From a virus (taxonomy: Duplodnaviria > Caudoviricetes), in IMG/VR virus record IMGVR_UViG_3300037657_000249, positions 1-43,466 of that record: a DNA stretch of 43,466 nucleotides. One strand, given 5' to 3'. The translations under genes were made by a program, and so were the position numbers. The notes under the pieces were generated by a model. The model ran no database searches. It was not told where the DNA came from and worked only from the letters and a program-made list of their open reading frames with translations. The first letter of the stretch is position 1, and each line of letters starts with the position of its first letter. Of this stretch, positions 26,075 to 35,045 are shown in pieces.

Positions 26075-26376
26075 TTGCGGCCCCTGACTTGAAGGCCGCT
26101 TGCCGCTGCGGCTCGCGCGAGCGGTGCGCGCTTTGCCTCGACTGCGAGCCCCGCGGGGTGCGCGAGGGTCACGTCGACGGCGGTTCGTGGGGAGAGACGG
26201 CCGCCAGCCGCTACGCGCGTCGTGGTCCGTACCTCGATCGGCTTGCCGGATGCCGTTGGGCTGCCGACGTTGCTCGCGACCCTGGCGCCTAGCTCGATGA
26301 CCTCGCTCGCGACGCCGCGGCTCGCGAGCATTTCAGCCATGCCGCCCGAGTCGAGTCGAATCTTCGTCTTAGCCAA
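26071..26376 (-). CDS. Neck/connector protein, 101 aa
   Basis: Synteny between stopper and terminator; coupled overlaps. Confidence 0.7.
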   Translation of the reverse strand: MAKTKIRLDSGGMAEMLASRGVASEVIELGARVASNVGSPTASGKPIEVRTTTRVAAGGRLSPRTAVDVTLAHPAGLAVEAKRAPLARAAAASGLQVRGRK

Positions 26377-26734
26377 TGCTGGGCTCCTTGACTTTCGGGC
26401 GCCGAAGCTCGGCTGTCGTGTAGGCCGACGAGGCGATCCCTCGCCGGATAACGGGCGTGCCGTCGATGCGCCACACCTCGCCGTCTGCCTCGATGCGGTC
26501 CGTCTCGGTGAGCGACGGGGTGCCGGGGACGATCAGCCGCCGGTGATCCTCGGAGGCGTTGCCGCTGGGGCTCTCCTCCTCGTCATTGCCGGGGCCGGTG
26601 GCTTGGAGCTGGGCGCCGCGGAGACGGGCGCGCTCGGGGTCGTCCCATGAGGCGACGGGGTCGCCGTACGAGTCGGTAGTAGTTCGGGGCCGGAGCCGGA
26701 ACACGGCGGCGCTCGTGGGGCTGTCTAGGAGCAC
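26369..26734 (-). CDS. Head-to-tail stopper, 121 aa
   Basis: DSYGDP...W...DRIEADGEVWRIDGTP; GTG start after GAGGAGG. Confidence 0.8.
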   Translation of the reverse strand: MLLDSPTSAAVFRLRPRTTTDSYGDPVASWDDPERARLRGAQLQATGPGNDEEESPSGNASEDHRRLIVPGTPSLTETDRIEADGEVWRIDGTPVIRRGIASSAYTTAELRRPKVKEPSIG

Positions 26735-26856
26735 TCGACGACCTCCTCGCGGACGAGGGGCATCGCGTCGGCGGTCGCTAGGAAGTCCTCCTCGGCGGGC
26801 GTTCCGATCAGCTCGGCAGGGACCGCCGCGACGTAGACCGTGGAGCGCGCGATCAC
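26725..26856 (-). CDS. Small hypothetical protein, 43 aa
   Basis: GTGA overlap with the adaptor gene; fills the gap to the stopper gene. Confidence 0.55.
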   Translation of the reverse strand: MIARSTVYVAAVPAELIGTPAEEDFLATADAMPLVREEVVECS

Positions 26857-27254
26857 GGGAGCCCCTCGGTCGCCGCGGGTGTACGGATCGAGCCGACGAA
26901 GCCGCCCGAGCGACCAGTCGCCGCGCGTCGGACTTGCGCGATCTCGCGCGCGGTGAGGTAGACGCCGGACGACTCGGCAATGTCGACGGAGTGCTCGCCG
27001 AGGGCCTCGGCCTTGAGGCCGCGAGGGTTCTCGAACTCGCGACGCGCTGCTTTGAGTGCCACGAGGGCGACGACCTTCGGTGCGTCGGCCTCCCAGACCG
27101 CGGCGCGAGCTGCCGAGACCTCCGCGAGGATCAGCGTCGCGGCGTCGTCGAGTGCGGCCTCGGCGCGCACCTTGTCCTCGCCGTCGAGGGTTCCGGCCGG
27201 GTAGCCGAGGCGTGCCTCCAGAAGGGCGACTGCTGGCGGGAGTGGGTTCGGCAA
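26853..27254 (-). CDS. Head-to-tail adaptor, 133 aa
   Basis: LDDAATLI...ARR-x-x-x-NP-x-G...E-x-x-G...GVYLT-x-x-E; TTG start after GAGAGGAG. Confidence 0.85.
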   Translation of the reverse strand: MPNPLPPAVALLEARLGYPAGTLDGEDKVRAEAALDDAATLILAEVSAARAAVWEADAPKVVALVALKAARREFENPRGLKAEALGEHSVDIAESSGVYLTAREIAQVRRAATGRSGGFVGSIRTPAATEGLP

Positions 27255-27335
27255 AGCGACTCCTCTCGTGGGGAAGTTGGGGGGAGCCGTGGGGCGCCTT
27301 CGCATTGAGACGCCCCACGGCTGGAGGGGGGTGGG

Positions 27336-28286
27336 TTAGCCCGCGGGCTCCGTGTCGTTGATCGACATGCGGAACGCGCCGCCACCGGCCACGTCCTCGA
27401 CCGAGGCGGTCCCGGTCGCGTAGTTGCGCACGATGCGCTTCAGCGGCATAGCCGCGACGCCCGCGAACGTCGACACGAGCGAGCGGTCGAGCGTGTGCAT
27501 CACGTCGTAGTCACGGATGTACCGGAGCGAGTAGCCGCCCTCGGAAACCGTCTGACCGAAGCTTGCGCCCTCGGGCACCTTCGGCGCGCGGACCGCGAGC
27601 GTGAAGGCGTCGCGGTGGAACGCGACGATCTCGCCCTCGGCGACTCGCGTCGACTCGACGATCTGGAATCCGCGCACGCGGCCGACGCCGCCCTCGCGGA
27701 GTGCCTCGGTGGAGCCGCTCTCGCTGGCGTCGGTGATCGCCTTCGCTTCGAGAAGGTGGGCGTACACCTCCGTACCGACGATCATGTTGAGGCCGGTCTG
27801 CGGCACGCCGCGGTCGCGGAGCTGCTTACGGATCGCCGTAAGGGTTGCGACCGGGTTCGCCTCGTCGTAGGCGATGCTGGTGTCGAGCGTGATCGCGGCG
27901 AGTGCCTCGGCGACCTCGTTCTCGACACGGTCCACGACGGCCGCGACCTGGGGAGCCAAGACCTGAGCGGAGAAGCTCTCAAGGTCGAGCGACAGGTCGC
28001 CCTCCGAGAGGCCCACGGCCGAGTAGAGGTGTTCGCCGAGGGTGACCGGGACGGTCGCCTCGGTCAGCGAGTCGAGGACGATCGCGGCGGTCGTCTCGTC
28101 GATACCGCGGGTGCGGGAGATCAACGCGGCCGGGATTCGGACGTTGACGGTCCGCCCCTTGCCGCCGCCGCCGAGGAGGTCGTCCTCGAAGTCGCGGTTG
28201 ATAAGGGCTCCGAGGTAGGAGTCCTGTACGGCGAGCTTGACCGCGACCTTCGCGATCTGCTCGGGGGTGTAGAAGTCATTAGGCAT
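27336..28286 (-). CDS. Major capsid protein (P22-coat-like), 316 aa
   Basis: G-x-TVNVRIP, QVLAPQV-x-AV, GRVRGFQIVES, AFHRDAF. Confidence 0.92.
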   Translation of the reverse strand: MPNDFYTPEQIAKVAVKLAVQDSYLGALINRDFEDDLLGGGGKGRTVNVRIPAALISRTRGIDETTAAIVLDSLTEATVPVTLGEHLYSAVGLSEGDLSLDLESFSAQVLAPQVAAVVDRVENEVAEALAAITLDTSIAYDEANPVATLTAIRKQLRDRGVPQTGLNMIVGTEVYAHLLEAKAITDASESGSTEALREGGVGRVRGFQIVESTRVAEGEIVAFHRDAFTLAVRAPKVPEGASFGQTVSEGGYSLRYIRDYDVMHTLDRSLVSTFAGVAAMPLKRIVRNYATGTASVEDVAGGGAFRMSINDTEPAG

Positions 28287-28312
28287 GACGGGGTTTGTCC
28301 TTTCGGGAGGGG

Positions 28313-28879
28313 TTAGCGGCTCCGGCGCGCACGCTTCGCGATTGCGTCAGGGTCGAATGGGTCGGGTTCTGCGCCTCCGTGTCCCGGAGTGAGCGCTGGC
28401 TGCGGCTTGCCGCTGGGGGCATCGCCGCTGTTATCGGTGCTCTCGCCCGCGGGCTTGCCGTGGGACGCGAGGCGCTCCGCCTTCGCTGCGATCTCCTCCT
28501 CCGTGTCGCCGGTAAGGAACTCGACGAGGTCTTCGACCTCGGGGAACTTCCGAAGGGCGCGCTCGACGTAGAGGGCGCGCTCTGCTGCGGTGGCGCGGGT
28601 CTCGGCGGCGGTGATCTTCGCGTCGCTGTCGGGGTCGCGCTCCTGGCGCTTCTCCTTGGCCTTTGCGAGGTCGGCCCGAAGGTTCTGGACCAAGGTCCAC
28701 GCGCGCGCGGCGTCGAAGTCGTCACCCCACGGGGGAGTCGTCTCGTCGTCGGGCTGCTGGCCTTCGGGGGTTTCGGTCGACGGGTCCGGCTGCTCCTCTT
28801 GACCGTCCGCGGGGTTAGCGGGCTCGGCCGAGGCGTCGGGGGCGTCGGTGGAGGGTGTTTCAGTCTTGGCGGTGCTCAT
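28313..28879 (-). CDS. Scaffolding protein, 188 aa
   Basis: Acidic N-terminus, PPWGDDFDAARAW-x-LVQNLR, LTGDTEEEI; directly upstream of the capsid gene. Confidence 0.88.
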   Translation of the reverse strand: MSTAKTETPSTDAPDASAEPANPADGQEEQPDPSTETPEGQQPDDETTPPWGDDFDAARAWTLVQNLRADLAKAKEKRQERDPDSDAKITAAETRATAAERALYVERALRKFPEVEDLVEFLTGDTEEEIAAKAERLASHGKPAGESTDNSGDAPSGKPQPALTPGHGGAEPDPFDPDAIAKRARRSR

Positions 28880-28933
28880 TCGTTCGTCCTCCTGGGACGT
28901 GGTCGTGCTCCGGTCCTGCCGGAAGCGGGCATG

Positions 28934-28964
28934 AAAAAACCCCGCCCGGAGTCCGGGACGGGGT
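28934..28964 (-). terminator. Strong intrinsic terminator inside the late region
   Basis: AACCCCGTCCCGGACTCCGGGCGGGGTTTTTT. Confidence 0.75.
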
Positions 28965-28976
28965 TGGTGTGACTCG

Positions 28977-28992
28977 CGTGCGGCGCCTCACG
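28977..28992. promoter_or_regulatory. Operator copy between two hairpins
   Basis: CGTGCGGCGCCTCACG, 15/16 match to the palindrome. Confidence 0.65.
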
Positions 28993-29067
28993 TTTGCGAG
29001 GGCCGCACTACGGGGGCACGCAAGAGGCCCGCCTCCTTCGTGGAAGCGGGCCTCTGGGGCGTGTTGG

Positions 29068-29265
29068 TTACATGGCGGCGAACTCGGCGCGGGCTGCTGC
29101 GATTGCTCGCGAGCGCGCGACGCCGGGCTCGGCGGATGCTACGGCGTCCAGTAGCGCGTCGAGCTTCTCGCTCGCGCCCTGGTCAGTTAGGAGCTGGCCG
29201 TCCTCGGCCGCCACGAGGGCGTCCTCGAACTCTTGGGCGGTCATTGGGCCGCTAGCTAGGCGCAT
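29068..29265 (-). CDS. Small acidic protein, 65 aa (possible MuF-toxin immunity protein)
   Basis: RBS AAGAGGAG; overlaps the end of the MuF gene. Confidence 0.65.
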   Translation of the reverse strand: MRLASGPMTAQEFEDALVAAEDGQLLTDQGASEKLDALLDAVASAEPGVARSRAIAAARAEFAAM

Positions 29266-30724
29266 GGCCGTACTCCTCTTCGTATATGCGAAGGAGCGTA
29301 GCGTAAAACGCTTTCGAGAAGGGGAGCGCGTCGTCGCCCTTCATCACAGCGTCCGCGAACGCCTCCGCGACGCCCTCGGTCGGGCTCGTGCGGCCGTAGC
29401 CGGAGAGGTTCTCCTTGTTCCACGCGAGCATTTCCTTCCCGTTCGTCGGGGCCATTTCCTTTCGTAGTGCCACGAATGCCTGTACGAGCTTCCCTTGCAG
29501 GTTCGAGTCGAGGGCATGGCCGAACTCGTGAGTAACTACGTGGGCCATGTGCTCTTCGACGTCGTGGAAGTGGCCGCCAGCGTTCGATTGCCGGATCGCG
29601 TCTGCAAGCCGGGTCGGGTTGCGTAGGTAGCCAGCGCTAATCTCCATTCCGGGCACGTCCAAGAGCGGGCGGCCGTCGGTGAAGATTCGGTGCCCGGCTT
29701 CGTCGCGCGCGTAGGGCGTTCGGACTTGCGCCATAACACCGTTGTTGCGAATGGTGACGGCCTTGATCTCCGTGAGCTTGACCGCGGGGAAGCGGTCGAG
29801 GAGCGCGGAGACCTGGCCGACCGCGTCCTTCGTGAGGTCTAGGTCAATGCCTCGGCCGTCGAACCCTGACCACTGAATGCCGGGATGCCGCGCCTGTGCT
29901 GCGGCCTGGACCGCGGCGGGCGTTTTGAGGTCTGCGATCTCGTCTGCAAGCCCCCGAGTGGCGGGCTTGGCTGGCGGCGCTGCGTGCGGGGCGGCGGTGG
30001 CGCCTGTGCGCTTCTGCTCGATCGCACGCCGGAACTCGTCCGGGTCGCCCTTGTTTTCGTCCCAGAGCTTGCGGTATTCGCGCGCCTCCGCGCTCCATCC
30101 GCCGGAGGGGTCGTTGATCGGCACGAGGCGGGCTGAGCATCCACAGCGGTCGTGTGCTCTGAAGCCTGCCGTCGCGGCTGAGTAGACCGGGCCGCGGGAT
30201 ACGAGCATCGCACAGAACGGGCACGGGGCGCCGTCGCTTTGCCTGGCCCATCCGAGCACGTTCGGGTCCGAGTTGGCGATCGAGACGAGCCGGGAGCGGC
30301 CAGCGTTGAGCATTTGGCGCTTCGCGGAGCCGAGCATCCCTGACTTCGCCGCCGCCACGGTTCGAGCTGCGTCGGCGCCCTGGCGGAGCCGGTAGTCCGT
30401 GTACTGGGCTCCGGCTCCGGCCGATAGGGACGCGCGGATCGCGGCGTCTGGGCGCGGGGTCCGGGGGAGGAGCACTGACGCCTCAAGCTCTGCGGCGGCC
30501 ATGATCTCGCGGTAGTAGCGCTCTGCGTCCGCCTCGCTAATCGACCGGCCAGCTTGCACGAGCGGGAGCGCAACCTCGCGGAACCGCTCGAAGGTGGCGG
30601 CGAAGTCGTCCGGGTCAATCATGGCGTCCCAGTAGCGAGAGAGTGCCGCCTGGACGACGCCCGCGTGCCGGACTTGTTCCGTCATATGGGCGTGCGACCG
30701 GGCTTCGAAGTCCTCGGCCTCCAT
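29252..30724 (-). CDS. MuF-like minor head protein with C-terminal HExxH metallopeptidase domain, 490 aa
   Basis: GWARQSDGAPCPFCAMLVSRGPVY...AHDRCGC MuF-type core; VVTHEFGHALD...SGYG...E-x-x-AEAF. Confidence 0.82.
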   Translation of the reverse strand: MEAEDFEARSHAHMTEQVRHAGVVQAALSRYWDAMIDPDDFAATFERFREVALPLVQAGRSISEADAERYYREIMAAAELEASVLLPRTPRPDAAIRASLSAGAGAQYTDYRLRQGADAARTVAAAKSGMLGSAKRQMLNAGRSRLVSIANSDPNVLGWARQSDGAPCPFCAMLVSRGPVYSAATAGFRAHDRCGCSARLVPINDPSGGWSAEAREYRKLWDENKGDPDEFRRAIEQKRTGATAAPHAAPPAKPATRGLADEIADLKTPAAVQAAAQARHPGIQWSGFDGRGIDLDLTKDAVGQVSALLDRFPAVKLTEIKAVTIRNNGVMAQVRTPYARDEAGHRIFTDGRPLLDVPGMEISAGYLRNPTRLADAIRQSNAGGHFHDVEEHMAHVVTHEFGHALDSNLQGKLVQAFVALRKEMAPTNGKEMLAWNKENLSGYGRTSPTEGVAEAFADAVMKGDDALPFSKAFYATLLRIYEEEYGHAPS

Positions 30725-30727
30725 GCG

Positions 30728-32110
30728 CTACGCGCCCGGGGCGGGGGTCGTCGAGGCTCGCGTCTGGCGGCTGATCTCGGCGGTCAGCTCGGCGAGCGGG
30801 TCGGCCTTGCGGAGGTCCTTCCAGCGGAGAATATCCTGGTCGGTAACCCCCGGAATCTTCTCCCAGAGACCTTCAGCGGGAACGTCGAGCATTTGCGAGA
30901 CCTTGCCGAGCGCGTCGACGGTCTGGGCGAGCGAGCGAGCCTCGGTGTCGCGCCAGCGCACTTGTGCCGACATATCGGCCGCGCCGCTCGCGTCTCCGGC
31001 TGCCTTGGCTGCGAGCCGGAAGCCGGACTCCCAAGACTCGCCGAAAATGGTTTCGTACTCGCTGATCTTTCGCTGAGTTGCGGCCTCCATCTGTGCCAAC
31101 GCTTCCGCGCCGATGTTCACGAGGTCGCCAGTGAAGATCTTCGGTGAGACCTGGGCGATTGCGGCGAGCGTGCGGACGGTCGAGTCGTACGCCGCGAGGT
31201 GGCCGGAGGTCTCCGTCTGCGCGAAGTCTCCGAACTTCGTTTCGGTGTCCTCGGACACCCAGAGGCGATCTACGGCGGCCTTGAACGGCTCGACTGGCCG
31301 CTCCTCGCCGGTCGGCTTGCCGTCGGCGTCGAGGACCTCCTCGACCGGGATAGCGAGGCCGGTCGCCCAACGCTGCCGGAAGGCCGCGTACTGAAGGGCG
31401 ATCAGGGTCGAAAAAACGATCTCGTTTACGCGGTCCTGGAGGTTGATAACGGGCCGGATGATGCCCACGGCCTCGTCGTCCAAGCGGTCGCGGAAGCGGA
31501 CGAACGGCGTCACGCCGAGCCCGTGCTCCTCCTCGCGGGACAGGACCCAGTCCTCGGAATCCTTGGGCCGCGCGAACGTGTAAACGGTGTCCCGATCGAG
31601 TAGCTCGATCAGACGGGCGCCGTCGACGGTTGTCCCAAGGCGCCGGAGCGCGATCTCGGGGAACTCGTCATCCTCGTCTCGATACCACGCCGCGGAACGG
31701 AGCGGGGACAGGGGACGGAAGTACGGGACGCGGCGATTGCCGACCGTCCCGGGCAACACGAGAGCGTATGACGTCCCGTAGTCGAGGGCGCCGCGGTGGG
31801 CGATCGTCTGCCGGGCGTCGAGGCCGTTCGCCTGCCAGTAGGACCACGATTCCGCGTTCTCGGCGGCCTTCGCTGGGCGGTAGCCGTCAATGAAGAGGCC
31901 CTTTGCGAACGTGTCAGAGAGGAGCGGCGTCCAGTTGGTGATGGAGACCTTCGCTAGGTGCTTGTACTCGGCCTTCGCGCCTTTCGGCATGTAGGGCAAG
32001 TCGTGGTCACCCTTGAGGTAGCGCCGGGGCAGTCCCAGACGGCCTTCGCGCTGGAGGTCGGCTTCGAGTTGGCCGTCCAGCTTGGCGGCGAGCTTGCGGT
32101 CGATCGCCAT
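30728..32110 (-). CDS. Portal protein, 460 aa
   Basis: YLKGDH, WQANGLD, HGLGVTPFVRF, LQDRVN, AFRQRWATG; ATG after GAGGAGG. Confidence 0.93.
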   Translation of the reverse strand: MAIDRKLAAKLDGQLEADLQREGRLGLPRRYLKGDHDLPYMPKGAKAEYKHLAKVSITNWTPLLSDTFAKGLFIDGYRPAKAAENAESWSYWQANGLDARQTIAHRGALDYGTSYALVLPGTVGNRRVPYFRPLSPLRSAAWYRDEDDEFPEIALRRLGTTVDGARLIELLDRDTVYTFARPKDSEDWVLSREEEHGLGVTPFVRFRDRLDDEAVGIIRPVINLQDRVNEIVFSTLIALQYAAFRQRWATGLAIPVEEVLDADGKPTGEERPVEPFKAAVDRLWVSEDTETKFGDFAQTETSGHLAAYDSTVRTLAAIAQVSPKIFTGDLVNIGAEALAQMEAATQRKISEYETIFGESWESGFRLAAKAAGDASGAADMSAQVRWRDTEARSLAQTVDALGKVSQMLDVPAEGLWEKIPGVTDQDILRWKDLRKADPLAELTAEISRQTRASTTPAPGA

Positions 32111-32145
32111 AGAGGGACCTCCTCGGTCGGTAGTAGGTGAGTGGG

Positions 32146-33837
32146 TTAGAAGCCAGCGACGCGGCCGGAGCTGCGGCGCTTCTTGAGGCCGCCCTCCGCG
32201 AGCACGCGAGAGCGCGCCATGCGGGCGAGGACGAGCGCCGCGAGGGCGTCGACCTTCTTCGGGGACTCGCGCGTCTCCTTGCCGAAGAACACGCCCCAGC
32301 GGTTGAGGCGGCGTCGGGCGTTCAGGACGTGGCGGGTGAGAATCTCCTCCGCGGCGCTGCCGAGCGCTGGCCCGGCGATCAGGGAGTGGCGGCCCCACGG
32401 GCTCTCTCCGTCCGTGATCGCCCGGTGAAGGGCCTCCACGGCGCGGGTCGTGTCCATTTGGTGACCGCGCATGTCCCAGCCGATCGCGTGGCGAGTGGTC
32501 GCCTTCACTAGGAGCTGTCCGGCGTACTCGTCGCGCCATGCGTCGACGTCCGTCTCCCAGTAGGCGACGTCCGAGAAGAACGCGACCACGTCGAGCGCGG
32601 AGAATGCGTAGGCGACGGCGCCGCGGACCTCGTCCTTCGGCACCTCCCATCCGGCGCCCTTGGGGCCTTCGGGGCGCTCCCAGATTGCGAGGAGGAACGG
32701 CGCTCCGTCGTCGATTCGGACTGCCACGAGGGCGGTCGAGTCGTCGGTGAGCGAGCCGTCGAAGCCGAGCGCGACGGTGTCGCCGCGGCGTACGCGCGAG
32801 CCCGGTTCGCCGAAGCGGAGGGCGGGGAGATCGTCGCGGAAGTTCTTGTACCACTCGGGCGGCGAGGCCCACGAGTCGGCGGCGGCGACGATTTGGTTGA
32901 GGTAGAACCGGCGGGCTTCCTCGGGGGGCGTGTCGGGGTCGTAGACCTCGGCGAGGATGCGATCCAAGTCGACCCATGTCGCGTCCCCGTAGGCGACCCG
33001 AAGGCCAGCCATGAGCGCGGCTTCGTCGGCGAGGTCAACGTCGCCGGGCGCCTCGCGGGAGTCGTAGAGAAGGCCGGTCGAGAGCGAGCGGCCCTCCATG
33101 ATCGCGCGCCACGCGAGGAAGGAGCCCTCGGCGACGGACTCCTGTCCGGGCTCGTGGGCGTTCGTCGTCTCAATCGCGCGGGCGGCGCCGTCTCGCGACT
33201 TGGCGAGGTTGCGCCGGACGACTCGGGCGAGCTTGTGGCCGCCGTTGGACTTGGTCCAGTGATGCGTCTCGTCCATGATCGCGAACGAGGGCCGGGCGCC
33301 TTCTTGCGTCGCCGCGTTGGCGGTAATCATTACGATCTTGCCGCCGCCGGGCGCGAGAATCCGGGTCATGCCGACGTCGAGCCCGTAGTCCTCTACGAGC
33401 GCGGAGTCCTCGGCCATTGCGCGGATCGCGTCGAAGGTGTTGCGGGTCTGCGTCTCGGAGACACCCGCGATCACTACCCACGGCATCGAGTGAGGGACGC
33501 CGATAGGGTCGCCGGTCTCGTCCCAGCCGCCGAAGCGGACGGGGCCGGACAGCTCGGCGAGCGCGAGTGCGCCGAGAAACGGCGACTTACCCCAGCCCTT
33601 CGCGCGGCGGAGGACGGCGCGGCGGTAGCGGAACTTCCCGCCAGCGTCGAGCGCGTACCACCAAAGTATGAAGTTGAGCTGCTCGCGGGTGAACACGAAC
33701 GGCTCCCCGGCCTGGTCGCCGTCGGGCTGCAAGAGGTAGCTCTCGGCCCAAGCGATCACGCCCCAGCCGAGCGTCTTTATGCTGCCGTCGAGCGGGAACT
33801 CGGGGACCGTCACGACGGCGTCGATTGGCTGCGTCAT
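32146..33837 (-). CDS. terL: Terminase large subunit
   Basis: RAKGWGKS Walker A, IMDETHHW Walker B, LGFDGS...DSTAL nuclease, KVDAL. Confidence 0.96.
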   Translation of the reverse strand: MTQPIDAVVTVPEFPLDGSIKTLGWGVIAWAESYLLQPDGDQAGEPFVFTREQLNFILWWYALDAGGKFRYRRAVLRRAKGWGKSPFLGALALAELSGPVRFGGWDETGDPIGVPHSMPWVVIAGVSETQTRNTFDAIRAMAEDSALVEDYGLDVGMTRILAPGGGKIVMITANAATQEGARPSFAIMDETHHWTKSNGGHKLARVVRRNLAKSRDGAARAIETTNAHEPGQESVAEGSFLAWRAIMEGRSLSTGLLYDSREAPGDVDLADEAALMAGLRVAYGDATWVDLDRILAEVYDPDTPPEEARRFYLNQIVAAADSWASPPEWYKNFRDDLPALRFGEPGSRVRRGDTVALGFDGSLTDDSTALVAVRIDDGAPFLLAIWERPEGPKGAGWEVPKDEVRGAVAYAFSALDVVAFFSDVAYWETDVDAWRDEYAGQLLVKATTRHAIGWDMRGHQMDTTRAVEALHRAITDGESPWGRHSLIAGPALGSAAEEILTRHVLNARRRLNRWGVFFGKETRESPKKVDALAALVLARMARSRVLAEGGLKKRRSSGRVAGF

Positions 33838-33858
33838 GCGGTCCTTTCGGTCAGGCGC

Positions 33859-33939
33859 CTACTGGCACGAGTCGCACTGGAGGTCGTCCATTGGGTCGGT
33901 CGGGACGTCGTAGCCCTGGACGGTGTCGCGGTCTTGCAT
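33859..33939 (-). CDS. 26-aa acidic peptide ending CDSCQ (MQDRDTVQGYDVPTDPMDDLQCDSCQ)
   Basis: RBS TAGGAG 2 nt before the ATG; fills the terS-terL gap. Confidence 0.65.
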   Translation of the reverse strand: MQDRDTVQGYDVPTDPMDDLQCDSCQ

Positions 33940-33944
33940 GGCTC

Positions 33945-34391
33945 CTACTTCTCGCCACGTAGGCGGGCTGTGACGTCGTCCTTCGAGACGGCGTGCAGGT
34001 GGGTAACGGTTGCGTTGTGTGCCTCGTCGGCGTCGTGCTCGACGCGGATTTTCGCGAGGCGAAGCCGGTCGGCGTGCGTTGCGCCGAGTGCGGCGGTCAC
34101 GAGACGAATCTCGGACGCTGCGGCGGCGGACGGCTTGATGAAGTGGCTGTTGACGAGCGGGAGCACGAGCTGGAGCGCGAGCCAGTCGGTATCTTCGAAG
34201 AGCTGCGCCTGTGGGGAGCGGCGCCAGACCTCGAACCATGCGACGGTCGCGGGGAGGTAGCCGTGATTCGCGTCTAGCTCGGGGCCGCGGAGCTGGCCGT
34301 CGGGCCTGACTACGGTGAAGTCGCGGTCGCGGCGCTTGGTATCGCGCTCGCGCTGGCGCTCGGGCTTCGGCAGGGGGCCATTACCGGCCAT
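33945..34391 (-). CDS. terS: Terminase small subunit, 148 aa
   Basis: MAGNGPLPKP...W-x-x-WRRSPQA...DW...EIRL...LGAT-x-x-DR; RBS GGAAAGGAG. Confidence 0.9.
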   Translation of the reverse strand: MAGNGPLPKPERQRERDTKRRDRDFTVVRPDGQLRGPELDANHGYLPATVAWFEVWRRSPQAQLFEDTDWLALQLVLPLVNSHFIKPSAAAASEIRLVTAALGATHADRLRLAKIRVEHDADEAHNATVTHLHAVSKDDVTARLRGEK

Positions 34392-34513
34392 GCGGGCGCT
34401 CCTTTCCACCGCGACAAACGCTGTGCGGTTTGTTGAGGGCCTCGGAGGACTGCGGCGTCACTCCGGGCGTGCGAATTGATCGAAAACCTCAGACCCGCGC
34501 GCACAGAGACGAG

Positions 34514-34882
34514 CTATGCCCCTTCGGAAGGGGAGGAGGGGGGTAGGGGGGAGTCCTCCCCCAGGGTCGGCGAGGGCTTGATCGCCCCGGGGTGTGGCTC
34601 TGGCTCTCGTGCCTGTCGTGCTTTGGGTCGCCGAGCTGCGGCTCCCTCGGCGCTCGACTTGCGCGCGTGATGCCAGCGACACAACGACTTGAGGTTTTCG
34701 TAGCTGTGGTCGTTGCCTGGCACGACGTGGTCTACCTGATTCGCGGGCTCGCCACACTTGACGCCGAGCGAGTCCGTGGCCTGGCACCGATAGCCGTCGC
34801 GGCGTAGAACGCGCACGCGCCGGAGTGACCAGTCAGGGGGTAGGTGCTGGGAGCGCTCGCTCCGCCCCTCAGCCCATGCCAA
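34514..34882 (-). CDS. Packaging-associated HNH endonuclease
   Basis: RDGYRCQ...C...VDH...NL-x-x-LC-x-x-HH-x-x-K; adjacent to cos and terS. Confidence 0.9.
   Translation of the reverse strand: MAWAEGRSERSQHLPPDWSLRRVRVLRRDGYRCQATDSLGVKCGEPANQVDHVVPGNDHSYENLKSLCRWHHARKSSAEGAAARRPKARQAREPEPHPGAIKPSPTLGEDSPLPPSSPSEGA
34516..34526 (-). other. Putative cos site (11-nt 3' overhang CGAAGGGGCAT)
   Basis: Lies at the 3' end of the HNH gene, upstream of terS; matches my recollection of the AZ-cluster genome-end overhang. Confidence 0.7.
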
Positions 34883-34966
34883 TTAGGCACCCCCCGGGGT
34901 GTCTCGCGGGGATGGGGCAGGGGTGTTTCTGGGGGAGACGGTAGGGGTCGCTGCTGCGTGGCGCAT
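34883..34966 (-). CDS. 27-aa leader ORF abutting HNH in frame
   Basis: Strong RBS GAGGAGG; ATG...TAA immediately followed by the HNH TTG. Confidence 0.45.
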   Translation of the reverse strand: MRHAAATPTVSPRNTPAPSPRDTPGGA

Positions 34967-34983
34967 GGCGCACCTCCTCGGGG

Positions 34984-35045
34984 AAAGAGAAAGCCCCCGG
35001 CGCCGACCTCTAGGAGAGGTGGCATCCGAGGGCATGACCGGGGGC
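34984..35045 (-). terminator. Terminator closing the tRNA/ncRNA unit
   Basis: GCCCCCGG...CCGGGGGC followed by TTTCTCTTT, with inner ACCTCT/AGAGGT stem. Confidence 0.65.

Noticed and set aside
30728-32977. 749-aa portal and other N-terminally extended track ORFs (869-aa primase, 425-aa RDF, 818-aa tail protein)
   Set aside because: The extensions overlap upstream genes or regulatory DNA; downstream starts have clear RBS or coupling.
32893-34260. Long plus-strand ORFs (e.g. 455 aa here, 40208-41386, 15371-16393)
   Set aside because: Shadows of well-supported minus-strand genes in high-GC DNA, with no recognisable motifs.
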